Source: a virus
Taxonomy: Duplodnaviria; Caudoviricetes
IMG/VR virus record: IMGVR_UViG_3300030095_001639
Coordinates: 1-47,804 of that record
Length of the DNA: 47,804 bases
Strand: one strand, 5' to 3'
This document shows, one piece after another, positions 18,790 through 27,608 of the stretch (the first letter of the stretch is position 1; every line of letters starts with the position of its first letter). The translations under genes were made by a program, and so were the position numbers. A model generated the notes under the pieces. It ran no database searches and was not told the origin of the DNA. It worked only from the letters and a program-made list of their open reading frames with translations.

Positions 18790-20088
18790 TTATGCGTACT
18801 GCGTTAAAGATGCTAAAGCTGTAAATGCAGCGTCGCCTGTTTTAATTATAGTATATGTATAGGAGTCGATTGAGTTAGTATTTCCTTCTGTTGGTGCAGA
18901 TCCGCCTTGATACTCAGGTGTTATACTTGAGCCATCTACTTGAACAGCACTATTTCTATACTCAGATCCACCAATAGTTACTAAATGTGCAACAGTTATT
19001 GATTCTCCGGTGTCCATAATACTATTTAATGTAGTAGAACCGTCCCCTCTAATATTGATTGTCCAATCCGCTGAAGCGTTACTTGTGAAATACCAAACAG
19101 CTTGTGTTAGAACATCGTAGTTAACAGTCCCTGTGGCTGCCGTAGCTTCAATTGTAACTTTTTCTGCAACACTTTGAATTTTACCTTGACCATCAAAAGT
19201 TGCTCTACCATAGCCATTAGGGGTAATTAAAATATCTTGGTTAGCTGCGTCGGTGATTGTAATAGCACCTGAAGCCGTTCCACTGTTAGTATTTAATACT
19301 AAGTTTTCTGTGCCACCAGTCGTGACTGTTAAAGTTCCAGCTCCGTTTGAGGTTAGAACTGCTGCCGCTCCAGAGTCACCAACTTTTACAGTATCACCTG
19401 CAAGAACAACGTCTCCTGTTCCTTTTGGTGTTACATTAATATCGATATTTGTATCACCACCAGTTGATGATAAAGTTGGACCATTACCAGTTGCAGCATT
19501 AGCAACTGTAAATTCATTTACCGCTGAACTTGTAGCTGTAAGTAAAGCTAGTTCGTTACCATTAGTATCTAAAATAGAAGTACCAATTTTAGGTGATGTT
19601 AAAGTTTTGTTTGTTAAAGTTTGAGTTCCAGTAAGTGTTACGTCACCATCGTTAAAACCTAAAGTAATAATGTCTGGATTAGTTCCATCATTAGCTGATG
19701 CAAATATTAATTGATCGCCTTTGTCTGTTGTTGAAAAAGTAAAAGAATCACCAGACCCAGTCACATATTTAAACTGTACTGTATATGCTCCTGAAGTTGA
19801 ATTTCTTAAAAAATAAAATGTTTGAACATCTAAAGGTATTGTAACAATTTGGTTTCCTGTAATAGATCCTGTGAACTCAATCATTCTGTGTGCAAGAACT
19901 GCACCAGTTGATCCATCAGAAACAGAAAGAGTAGTAGTTTGAGCGCCACCAGCTATTGACTGTTGTGTAAAACCTCCAGATATCTGTTCAATAATGCTTA
20001 AATTAGTATTAGTTTTTGTTCCCCAAGTTCCGGCATTTTCACCGGTTGCCATTAATTCTACGCCAAGCGCAGTATATGTTGATGCCAT
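18790..20088 (-). CDS. Tail fibre protein
   Basis: MASTY..LGVEL..TGENAGTWG N-terminal anchor, QTLTNKTLTSP fibre motif, Thr/Gly-rich. Confidence 0.75.
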   Translation of the reverse strand: MASTYTALGVELMATGENAGTWGTKTNTNLSIIEQISGGFTQQSIAGGAQTTTLSVSDGSTGAVLAHRMIEFTGSITGNQIVTIPLDVQTFYFLRNSTSGAYTVQFKYVTGSGDSFTFSTTDKGDQLIFASANDGTNPDIITLGFNDGDVTLTGTQTLTNKTLTSPKIGTSILDTNGNELALLTATSSAVNEFTVANAATGNGPTLSSTGGDTNIDINVTPKGTGDVVLAGDTVKVGDSGAAAVLTSNGAGTLTVTTGGTENLVLNTNSGTASGAITITDAANQDILITPNGYGRATFDGQGKIQSVAEKVTIEATAATGTVNYDVLTQAVWYFTSNASADWTINIRGDGSTTLNSIMDTGESITVAHLVTIGGSEYRNSAVQVDGSSITPEYQGGSAPTEGNTNSIDSYTYTIIKTGDAAFTALASLTQYA

Positions 20089-20109
20089 ATTATTTTCTCC
20101 TTAAATTCA

Positions 20110-21003
20110 CTAAGCAGCATGATTTACGTCTGTATACGAAGTATTGCCCGTTATGTCAATATCTTTGTATCCTATACTACCTAAACCTACTGCGCTTAAT
20201 TCTGTTGTTGCTTGTTGTCCTTCTAATCCTATTACATCTGCAGGTGCAATTGCGCCTACGGAACCAGTTAAATTACTAGGTGCAGTTAATGGAACACCTA
20301 TTTCTACAATAATAGATCCTACAGAGACAGTTGCTGGAGAAGGTGCTGTTAGTGTAACTAATTGTGAATCATCTACCAACATTGAGCCTACGCTAGATGT
20401 TGTTGAAAGTCCACTTATTCCTACTACATCTGCAGGTGCAATTGATCCTACAGAAGATGCTAAATTACTAGGTGCAGTTAATGGAACAATGATCCCTGTT
20501 AAAAGAGATCCAACACTTGTTGTTGCTGAAACTCCGGATAAAGATAAACTTCCTGGTCCAAATAATAAACCAGGTGCTCCAACAGATGATGTTGAAGATT
20601 GACCAGTTGGTCCAAGTACCATTTCTGTAGGAGATATTGAACCAACATTTGTTGTCGCTACTCCGCTAGATGATACGTCTACAAAAACAGTAGTTGCATT
20701 TTCACCCCAGTTTTCAAATCCCCATGTATCACCACCCCATCCTTGTTCAGGAAAGGCTGTTACACTTCCTACAGCTGTTGTTAATTCGCCTGCACTACCT
20801 AATTGAATAGTTGGATCAAAGCTTTCGCCCCACGGCTCTTGGCCATAATCATCTCTTCCCCATCCTTGTTCAGGATAAGTTACTAAAGTTCCAAGTGAGG
20901 ATGTAAGTGTAGTAGGTGCTGTAAGAGTTAGGGTAAAATTATTCTGTTCACCCCAGTTACCTTGGGACCAGGTAGTACCGGATTCGTTCCAAGTATTAGC
21001 CAT
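20110..21003 (-). CDS. Repetitive virion structural protein (WG repeats plus T/S-S-VG repeats)
   Basis: Repeated WG..WG and 'L.g.s.ttsVGs' units; internal DNA duplication 192 bp apart. Confidence 0.65.
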   Translation of the reverse strand: MANTWNESGTTWSQGNWGEQNNFTLTLTAPTTLTSSLGTLVTYPEQGWGRDDYGQEPWGESFDPTIQLGSAGELTTAVGSVTAFPEQGWGGDTWGFENWGENATTVFVDVSSSGVATTNVGSISPTEMVLGPTGQSSTSSVGAPGLLFGPGSLSLSGVSATTSVGSLLTGIIVPLTAPSNLASSVGSIAPADVVGISGLSTTSSVGSMLVDDSQLVTLTAPSPATVSVGSIIVEIGVPLTAPSNLTGSVGAIAPADVIGLEGQQATTELSAVGLGSIGYKDIDITGNTSYTDVNHAA

Positions 21004-21016
21004 AAGGACTTACTCC

Positions 21017-21448
21017 TTATGCTATTCTAACTATAGCTGTTGTAGCTGCCTTAGCAGGAAATTGAATTGTAAAAGTTCCAGAAGAAACTGTTTTATCTCC
21101 ACCGAAAGCCACTGCACAAACTGCAGGATCTCCTGTTGCAGTGTCATTAAATATTAAACATCCGTTAGCTGTAAAAGAAGATGAAGTAAAACTCACATCA
21201 TCAAAATCAACACATGCTGTTGATCCATCTAAAGACGGAGTGATGTTAGTTAAAGCAGCTCCTTTAGCAGTATACCCAGTTCCTGTAATTTCTTCAGATG
21301 TTGTATATGCAGTTGTTCCTGCTCCTAAAGTTGCAGAACTAGTGTACAATGCAATCCTAAAAGTGTTTCCGCCTGTAGCGTTGAAATTGTGTGTAGCTGT
21401 TAGCAGCTCGTTTTTGAAGCTATTACAAATTGCCGATGTTATTGCCAT
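21017..21448 (-). CDS. Virion structural protein
   Basis: C.SFK.ELL...HNF, IALYTSSA, GYTA.G, FGGDKT..GTFTIQFP; GGAG RBS. Confidence 0.65.
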   Translation of the reverse strand: MAITSAICNSFKNELLTATHNFNATGGNTFRIALYTSSATLGAGTTAYTTSEEITGTGYTAKGAALTNITPSLDGSTACVDFDDVSFTSSSFTANGCLIFNDTATGDPAVCAVAFGGDKTVSSGTFTIQFPAKAATTAIVRIA

Positions 21449-21462
21449 AATTTTTCTCCTGT

Positions 21463-22206
21463 TTATGGTGACGGTGAAGGGACTTTGATTCTAACTGTTC
21501 CGTCAGTGTAATCGTCTCTTCTTCGTCTACCAACTTGCATTGCTGCAAACTGTTGTACTGCATTCTTATACTTTTGTTCATATAATGTCAACATATCTGT
21601 TGGACCTTTTAAAAAACCATATGCCTCTGCTAAACAGCAATACAGCAGTCCTTGTGGAAAGTTTAAACTAATATAATTAGTATTAGTGCCCTCTAATAAT
21701 ACCGGTACTTTATTATAATATACTCTAAACATGTAATTTTGATCAGGTGTAGGAGCAAAATACATACCACCAGAAGTCGTGTCTGAAAGCCCTGTAGCAC
21801 CTCCAAACATAGCATAATACTTAGGAAACCCTGTAACAGAGTTTGTTGTATCTGTAGGAGCCTGTATTTCGCCGGAAGGACCAAATTTTCTGTCAACGAA
21901 CTCTGATAGATAAGACTGATCTTTCTTTTCTAACCAAGATCCGTTGCCCTCAGTGTTGGCTGTTGAATTAAATACTTCTATACCTCTGACAAACAAACAT
22001 CCTGCAGGTGCATTAATAGTATTATCGTTAGCAACTAAGGTACCTTCCTGAACATGTCTATCTGCATCGATGGGTAAGTCCATCATAATTCTTTGTTGAG
22101 CATTTAAAATAATATTTTCTAATACAGAATCTGTTAATACGGTATCATCTACTTCTGTGTAGCTTCTAATTTGTGTTTTTAATCCTGATGCACTTAGTCC
22201 TGACAT
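21463..22206 (-). CDS. Head-tail adaptor/connector (putative)
   Basis: I.NA..RI, PKYYA, APTPD..Y, LLY.CL.EAY.FLK pattern of adaptor-like proteins. Confidence 0.55.
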   Translation of the reverse strand: MSGLSASGLKTQIRSYTEVDDTVLTDSVLENIILNAQQRIMMDLPIDADRHVQEGTLVANDNTINAPAGCLFVRGIEVFNSTANTEGNGSWLEKKDQSYLSEFVDRKFGPSGEIQAPTDTTNSVTGFPKYYAMFGGATGLSDTTSGGMYFAPTPDQNYMFRVYYNKVPVLLEGTNTNYISLNFPQGLLYCCLAEAYGFLKGPTDMLTLYEQKYKNAVQQFAAMQVGRRRRDDYTDGTVRIKVPSPSP

Positions 22207-23027
22207 TATAAACTCTCTATATTAAGAGGACTTATTACGCAATTAAATCCTCCTCCTGTTGCTGTACTCGTTGCTGCACTCGGTAAAGTCACAGTAAAAC
22301 TATTTTTTTCTGTAACTGTAGTGTTAGCATCGTTAACATAACTTGTTTCTACCAAAGAAGCAACCTTGAAAGAACCAAATACTTTGGCCCCTGAGCTGTG
22401 GCTTCCTGCGGTTGTAGCTGGTGGTGTATATCCTCTGTATTTGGAAGAGGTGCCACGAGTGCATCCAGTTAAATCATTGCTAGATCTCCCTGTGTACTCA
22501 ATAATTTCATTTTGAAACATTCCAACCTCTAAAGGATTTGATGTGTCACTAGATGTTAAAACTTTTTGTATCATGATAAAACCAGAACTTGGAAAATTAG
22601 ATCCATCAGTCAAAGATACTGTAGTGGCAGAGCTAGTAATATTTGCACTTAAAGTTGTTTGTATCTGTAAATTTGCAATTGAAACACCACCAACAGCTTC
22701 TTTAACATCTTCAAATCTTAAAACATCGTCAACTTCTAGTCTGCTGAATGGAAAAGAAACTGTTAAAGTTGTGTTAGATGCAGTTGTAAAAGGATTAAAA
22801 GGTAAAAAATCTTGTGTATTAAATTCTGTTCTTGCAGGTCTTGCTCTTTGTAAAGCTTGTGGGTCTGCACTTGTAGGCGTAGGATCTAATTGTGGTTGCT
22901 TAGGTTCGTATTCTGAAACGTGAACCAGGGCACCGTTCCATTCTCTAACCATTTCGTTATATGGAAAAGCCATACCCGACCTATCAGAAATAGCTAAAGC
23001 ATATTTACCTTGTGAAAAAACAGCCAT
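22206..23027 (-). CDS. Virion protein with inserted 'GCTRG' domain
   Basis: GKYA.AISDRSG..FPY...EW.G..V...E.EPKQPQL N-terminus; inserted domain shared with two other ORFs in this window. Confidence 0.6.
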   Translation of the reverse strand: MAVFSQGKYALAISDRSGMAFPYNEMVREWNGALVHVSEYEPKQPQLDPTPTSADPQALQRARPARTEFNTQDFLPFNPFTTASNTTLTVSFPFSRLEVDDVLRFEDVKEAVGGVSIANLQIQTTLSANITSSATTVSLTDGSNFPSSGFIMIQKVLTSSDTSNPLEVGMFQNEIIEYTGRSSNDLTGCTRGTSSKYRGYTPPATTAGSHSSGAKVFGSFKVASLVETSYVNDANTTVTEKNSFTVTLPSAATSTATGGGFNCVISPLNIESL

Positions 23028-23971
23028 TAACCGATACCAGGATAGTAAATTTTAGGAGATATATATGTAGAATTAGAAGAACCATCTTCATCTTCTGCTC
23101 TTAGTAACTCATCTTCATATAATAATTTTAATTCTTGTACCCTTTGTGGTGCGTATTTTACAGCTAAGTAATAAGATAGTCCTGAAATCATACACGGCAC
23201 AAATCTGTATGGAACGTCAGTTGCGTTTGTATATGCACCTACGTCATCAATTCTTTTTGTATAATAAAAATTAATAAAATTACCTGCTTCTGAAGCACCA
23301 GGAGTTAAATATAAAGTCATTGTAACTTTGTCTATAAATCTTTGAACCCAATATTGTGTAGGAGTTCCTGTGTCTGTTTTATTAGAAAATCCCTGGTATT
23401 GAGATCTGCTTATTTTTGTCATTGGAGTATCAACACTTGTGGAAGCTATTCTATAATTTGCTTCTTGTATGTCTGTCATTCCATTAGGAAACTGAGTAAC
23501 AGTATCGCCAGAAGTATGGGAAGCTGCAGTGCTACCGTTTACTCCTCTAGTGCATCCTGTTAAATTTAAACTAGATATTCCTGTGTAAGAAATTTGTTCA
23601 CTATTTATAGTAATTATTCCTCCCACGGTTGGCATTCCTGTAACAGATGCAACAGGAACTGTGGTTACACTTGAGTTGATACTTGATGATATAGTAGTAG
23701 ATATTCCTTCAGATGCACCATCAGAAGGTGATCTAAAAAAAGTGTATACAGCTTGGCCACTAACTAATTTTACGTTTTGATTTTTTACTTCCCAAAAATG
23801 AAGACCTCTGTTTCCCCACTCAGAAAATAAAATATTCAAGGACCTCTTAGCTGTTTTTAATTGATAGCCAGAGACTCCTTGAATACCGATACGTTCGTAC
23901 GCATCTTCAATTATTTCATCAATGCTTAGGTTCTTATCAAAAACATAAGAACTAGAAGTAACGTTAGCCAC
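23027..23971 (-). CDS. Head-tail adaptor / tail tubular protein A-like
   Basis: IEDAYER.G, TAKRSLNILFSEWGNRG..W, GL.YYLA.K; GTG start. Confidence 0.6.
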   Translation of the reverse strand: MANVTSSSYVFDKNLSIDEIIEDAYERIGIQGVSGYQLKTAKRSLNILFSEWGNRGLHFWEVKNQNVKLVSGQAVYTFFRSPSDGASEGISTTISSSINSSVTTVPVASVTGMPTVGGIITINSEQISYTGISSLNLTGCTRGVNGSTAASHTSGDTVTQFPNGMTDIQEANYRIASTSVDTPMTKISRSQYQGFSNKTDTGTPTQYWVQRFIDKVTMTLYLTPGASEAGNFINFYYTKRIDDVGAYTNATDVPYRFVPCMISGLSYYLAVKYAPQRVQELKLLYEDELLRAEDEDGSSNSTYISPKIYYPGIG

Positions 23972-23980
23972 TCAAACCCC

Positions 23981-24298
23981 CTAGCTTAGATTTGGACCAG
24001 AAAATTTGTCTGTCAATAAAGTATAAGCAGCGATATTTGTTTTAGTCTTACAAAAAATTCCTTTTGGAAATAAAATTCCATCTTCAGGAAAGTTAAAATT
24101 AATTACATCTCCTGTTGGGACGTCTGCAAGAAACAAAGTTGTTCCTGAGTTTGACGTTGTTGTAAGTTCCAAAACACCTGCACCACCACCGTCAGAAGCA
24201 ATAATTATACCTCTTAATCTTACTGGTGGAGCTATGATTGCAGTTGCACCCGCCGCTGCATCAGATCTCGTTGCTTGTATGTCAGTCTTTGCTGCCAT
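23981..24298 (-). CDS. Small virion structural protein
   Basis: RLRGI, PEDGILF..GI motif; AAGGAG RBS. Confidence 0.55.
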   Translation of the reverse strand: MAAKTDIQATRSDAAAGATAIIAPPVRLRGIIIASDGGGAGVLELTTTSNSGTTLFLADVPTGDVINFNFPEDGILFPKGIFCKTKTNIAAYTLLTDKFSGPNLS

Positions 24299-24318
24299 TA
24301 TTATTCTCCTTAAATTAA

Positions 24319-24342
24319 AATGTGGGGCTAAAGCCCCACATT
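24319..24342 (-). terminator. Rho-independent terminator
   Basis: AATGTGGGGC-4 nt-GCCCCACATT perfect stem followed by T-rich run on the minus strand, just after the stop at 24352. Confidence 0.8.
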
Positions 24343-24351
24343 AATTATTTA

Positions 24352-24888
24352 TTAGCTTACTGCCGCGCTAAACGGTGTTGCTGGTGTACTAGTACAACCA
24401 GACTCTACATCAACTTTCCATTGAGTAGAACTAATTGCAGTACACGTAACTTTTGCAAAAGTTACACCACCAGTTGTACTACCGTTTAAAGTAATAGTGT
24501 CTGATGCTGCAACAGTTTCAAAACCAACCATGTTGTCAGAAGAGTCATCAATAAATTTTGCTCCTCCAACCATAACATCGTTAGCATTTGCAACTTGTAC
24601 AACAAGATCTCCAGTCTTAGTAATGGATGCAAAAATTTCAAAAGTTGCACCTATGTTACTTAGATTGTTTAGATCTGCTCCTGGTCCTGCAACTGCAGAA
24701 TCAGAGTTAGCATTGATTGCTGGTAATGTGTAAGTTACTGCTCCAGCAGCATTATTGTGTACAATTCTACCCGCATGAGTAGCAACTGTTAATGCAACGC
24801 TTGAATCAGCATCTACAACATTAGCCGGACCTGTAGTAATAAATCCATTTTTGGATGTTACTGGTCCTTGAAACGTAGTGTTTGCCAT
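24352..24888 (-). CDS. Capsid decoration / head fibre-like protein
   Basis: MANTTFQGPV start at 24888 with GGAGG at 24897-24901; TYTLPA and G..F beta-rich pattern; own terminator. Confidence 0.6.
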   Translation of the reverse strand: MANTTFQGPVTSKNGFITTGPANVVDADSSVALTVATHAGRIVHNNAAGAVTYTLPAINANSDSAVAGPGADLNNLSNIGATFEIFASITKTGDLVVQVANANDVMVGGAKFIDDSSDNMVGFETVAASDTITLNGSTTGGVTFAKVTCTAISSTQWKVDVESGCTSTPATPFSAAVS

Positions 24889-24896
24889 AATTATAT

Positions 24897-24951
24897 CCTC
24901 CAAGTTTAGATCACATAGTCTCTTGGCCGTCGACTATACGCGTCTATGTGA
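24897..24951 (-). promoter_or_regulatory. Candidate structured 5' leader RNA overlapping the RBS
   Basis: TCACATAG/CTATGTGA stem, alternative ATAGTC/GACTAT stem, and loop CCAAG complementary to CTTGG overlapping GGAGG. Confidence 0.5.
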
Positions 24952-25054
24952 AATATTAATAATTTGTATAGTGAATTCTTTGTATACTAGATTTATAAAG
25001 AGCGCAAGAGGGCCTGTGATGTGGATTGGATTTTTCCAACGATGTAGCTTTTTA

Positions 25055-25297
25055 TTAAGTAGCTACTGAAACTTGAGGTGCAGATCCTTCAATCTTATTT
25101 TGCATATGCTCTTTTTTAGCTTCTGCAATTTTAATATGGCTAATTACTTCTCTGACTTTTCTGTCAATCTTAACCATATCGAGAGTATACCTACCCTCTT
25201 TAAGATGCTCCTGCTCCCATTCGAGATCCAGACCCTTCTTTTTTACGTAAAGGTCCTGTAGATGTTGCATCATGTTCTCCATCGATAACTTCCTCAT
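25055..25297 (-). CDS. Small coiled-coil hypothetical protein (true start may be an internal Met)
   Basis: ORF-track entry on the operon strand; LDLEWEQEH...GRYTLDMV.ID. Confidence 0.6.
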   Translation of the reverse strand: MRKLSMENMMQHLQDLYVKKKGLDLEWEQEHLKEGRYTLDMVKIDRKVREVISHIKIAEAKKEHMQNKIEGSAPQVSVAT

Positions 25298-25478
25298 AAG
25301 TTATTCTTTTAACTCTTGGATCCATCATTTCTCCAAGAGACTCCCATTTTATATCACCTTTTCCCAATCTGTCAACTATTGAGTTTTCTATATCTAATGG
25401 TCCGTCAAGGCTTTCTATAATAAAATCTGTATAATATCGATATGCATATATCTGGATTCTGAATTGTTTAGGGGACAT
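25200..25478 (-). CDS. Hypothetical protein
   Basis: AGAAAGG RBS at 25483-25489; follows the capsid terminator. Confidence 0.65.
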   Translation of the reverse strand: MSPKQFRIQIYAYRYYTDFIIESLDGPLDIENSIVDRLGKGDIKWESLGEMMDPRVKRITYEEVIDGEHDATSTGPLRKKEGSGSRMGAGAS

Positions 25479-25498
25479 TTTTCCTTTCTATGTCTTAA

Positions 25499-25525
25499 TT
25501 GTGGCGAGACTATGTCCCGCCACAA
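25499..25525 (-). terminator. Stem-loop after the major capsid gene (terminator/attenuator)
   Basis: TTGTGGCGGGAC-ATA-GTCTCGCCACAA on the minus strand, 12 bp with one G-U pair; short U tract. Confidence 0.7.
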
Positions 25526-25535
25526 AAATTACGTA

Positions 25536-26444
25536 TTAAGCACCTGGTGATGCAAAAATACCTCTAGGGTCAGAAACGCCGAAGACGTATCTTTCTCTAG
25601 CTTTGTATCTTACGTTACCAGTATCGAAGTCACCTTCCATTTTAGTAGTCAATGGAGATCTTTCGAAATGTTTCATACCATTTGGCACGTCTGTGATAAT
25701 GTAGAACGCATCTGTGTCTGTTAAGAAATTATTAACAGAGTAGCCTTGAGGAATCATCCCCATGCTTCTTATTGCGTTGATATCATTATCAGCAGTTCCA
25801 ACTCTACCAGCAGAAGCCATAAGTCTTTCAGCTGTGAATTGTAGTTGCGATGGAATGATCATCTTAGTAGCTTTAGCTGCAATTTTTAAACCTCTTTCAT
25901 CAGTTAGCGCTGCAATGTCAATCATTGCTTGCTCTAATGAAGTTTCGTTTAAGTCTGCTGCAGTTGACAATGTGTTACTGAAAGTTCCAGCCACAGTTGG
26001 GTGAGCAGTGTTGAATAAAGTTACACCGTCACCTGATGTGAATGAACCAGATGGTAAACCATTGTTTAATGGAGCTACTGCTTTTACTTGTTTAGTTTGA
26101 GCCATAGATCTTGCTAAAGCTTTTGTGTATCTAGAAGCCAGTCTGTCGTACAAGTTGTCTTCAATAGCTTCCTCAGTGATAGCAAAAGCGAGAGCGATTG
26201 TCTCGTTAGTGTATCTAGCTGTGAAAGTTTCTTGAGCGTTCTCGTAAGTAACAGCTGAACCTTCTGGTTTCACTTGAGCTTGAGCAAATCCTGATAACAT
26301 AACTTCCTCTTCGAAAGCTCTGTCAGATGTCTCAGTAGTATAAATTTCAGCGTGCTGATTTTCATACTGTTTGTATTCCAGGCCGAACAAGGCGTTCAAA
26401 CCTGGCTCTAGTTCTTTAACTAGTTGATTACGTGATATAGCCAT
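25536..26444 (-). CDS. Major capsid protein
   Basis: MAISR.QL.KELEPGLNALFG, SDRAFEE, EEAIEDNLY, DFDTGN.RYKARERY.FG.SDPRG; AAGGAGGT RBS; downstream hairpin. Confidence 0.9.
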   Translation of the reverse strand: MAISRNQLVKELEPGLNALFGLEYKQYENQHAEIYTTETSDRAFEEEVMLSGFAQAQVKPEGSAVTYENAQETFTARYTNETIALAFAITEEAIEDNLYDRLASRYTKALARSMAQTKQVKAVAPLNNGLPSGSFTSGDGVTLFNTAHPTVAGTFSNTLSTAADLNETSLEQAMIDIAALTDERGLKIAAKATKMIIPSQLQFTAERLMASAGRVGTADNDINAIRSMGMIPQGYSVNNFLTDTDAFYIITDVPNGMKHFERSPLTTKMEGDFDTGNVRYKARERYVFGVSDPRGIFASPGA

Positions 26445-26458
26445 AGTTTATAACCTCC

Positions 26459-27031
26459 TTATATACCTGCCACGTTGTTTCCAAGAATGTGCTCATTAAT
26501 GATAACTCTAAGAGCAAAGCCCTCAGCAGATGTATCAGAATGATCAGGATCTCTGGAAACCCCTAGGATTTTTAATTGTGCTATAGAAGCTCCCGTTGTA
26601 GCCGAAATTTTTGATTTCGAAATAAACAACGGAGTAGTTCCCACAGCAACTACTTGATCCGCACATCCGCCTACTTCATTTTGGTTGAAAGCAGTGTCCG
26701 CAGACATGATTTCATAGACGTTTGCAGGATCATCGTTAACGAATGCAACAATATCAGTAGCAGTGTTACTTGCTTTTGAAAAGTTTGCAAACGTTGGTTT
26801 ATTAGTGTCAGCATCAGTATAAAAAACGCCGTTGAGTACACCCAAATTGTTTTCATCTGTATTACCAGACGCAAGCACTACACCATCCGCAGTTAATTGC
26901 ACCATTGCTGCGTGCGAAATTAAAGCAGATGAAGCTGCGACTGAGTACTCACTCAACCCTTCGTTATTATAATTCTGACCAACTTTTTTAATGGGTCTAA
27001 AACCGAACCCAGTTGTTGACGCGTTAGCCAT
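26459..27031 (-). CDS. Capsid cement / minor capsid protein (putative)
   Basis: MAN....FG.RP, GV..G.FY, V.DDP, V.INEH; directly upstream of the capsid gene; AAGGAG RBS. Confidence 0.55.
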   Translation of the reverse strand: MANASTTGFGFRPIKKVGQNYNNEGLSEYSVAASSALISHAAMVQLTADGVVLASGNTDENNLGVLNGVFYTDADTNKPTFANFSKASNTATDIVAFVNDDPANVYEIMSADTAFNQNEVGGCADQVVAVGTTPLFISKSKISATTGASIAQLKILGVSRDPDHSDTSAEGFALRVIINEHILGNNVAGI

Positions 27032-27047
27032 AGTCGTTTCTCCTTAT

Positions 27048-27074
27048 GTACCTGCCCTTGCGGGCCTCCAGTAC
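27048..27074 (-). promoter_or_regulatory. GNRA-capped hairpin with internal loop just upstream of the capsid-operon RBS
   Basis: GTAC-TGGAG-GCCC-GCAA-GGGC-AG-GTAC then ATAAGGAG. Confidence 0.5.
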
Positions 27075-27112
27075 GGTTTATATTATTCGCTGGGTTGATT
27101 TGTTAAAAATTT

Positions 27113-27604
27113 TTAACTCTTCTTGCCACCGAAGGTTGTACGAGTTTGTCTATCAATATCGATAGGCATACCCTTATGCTGCTCCTTCATAAGATCGTTA
27201 TCAATTGCTGTTTGCTGGTCTTGAGATTGTTTTCTATAATACTCTTCTCTTGACCTTGCGATCTCTTCCGGTACCCTAGTCAGCACTAGGCCGCCATGCC
27301 CGATCACCCCTGCGTATTTGCCTTCTCCGATTGTTGGGAAGTCGTCTTCTGGATATTCATCGGCTCTTACTAACTCATACCCGGACCTTAAGCGTCCTTG
27401 TATGTTTTTCGTATCCACGAATCCTCTGACTTCTACCCTGACCCATCTGTGTCTAAATCCTTCTGGCGCGTTGGGCGTATCTAAGAATGATGGTGGAGTC
27501 CAAGGTGTTGAAACAGTTTTTGGTTTTACCATTGCTGCTTGTGATTTTACTTTCGTAGAATCAGTTTTACTTTGGCTCGCACGAGTTTGGTTTGTTTTTT
27601 CCAT
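27113..27604 (-). CDS. Head-module protein of unknown function
   Basis: W.PPS.L..P.AP.G.RHRW.R, G.ELVRADE, GGL.L.R.P; between scaffold and capsid genes. Confidence 0.65.
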   Translation of the reverse strand: MEKTNQTRASQSKTDSTKVKSQAAMVKPKTVSTPWTPPSFLDTPNAPEGFRHRWVRVEVRGFVDTKNIQGRLRSGYELVRADEYPEDDFPTIGEGKYAGVIGHGGLVLTRVPEEIARSREEYYRKQSQDQQTAIDNDLMKEQHKGMPIDIDRQTRTTFGGKKS

Positions 27605-27608
27605 ATGC

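Noticed and set aside
24961-25010. Possible sigma70 promoter for the 24352-24888 gene (TTGCGC...TATACAAA twice)
   Set aside because: -10 match and spacing too poor to call from sequence alone
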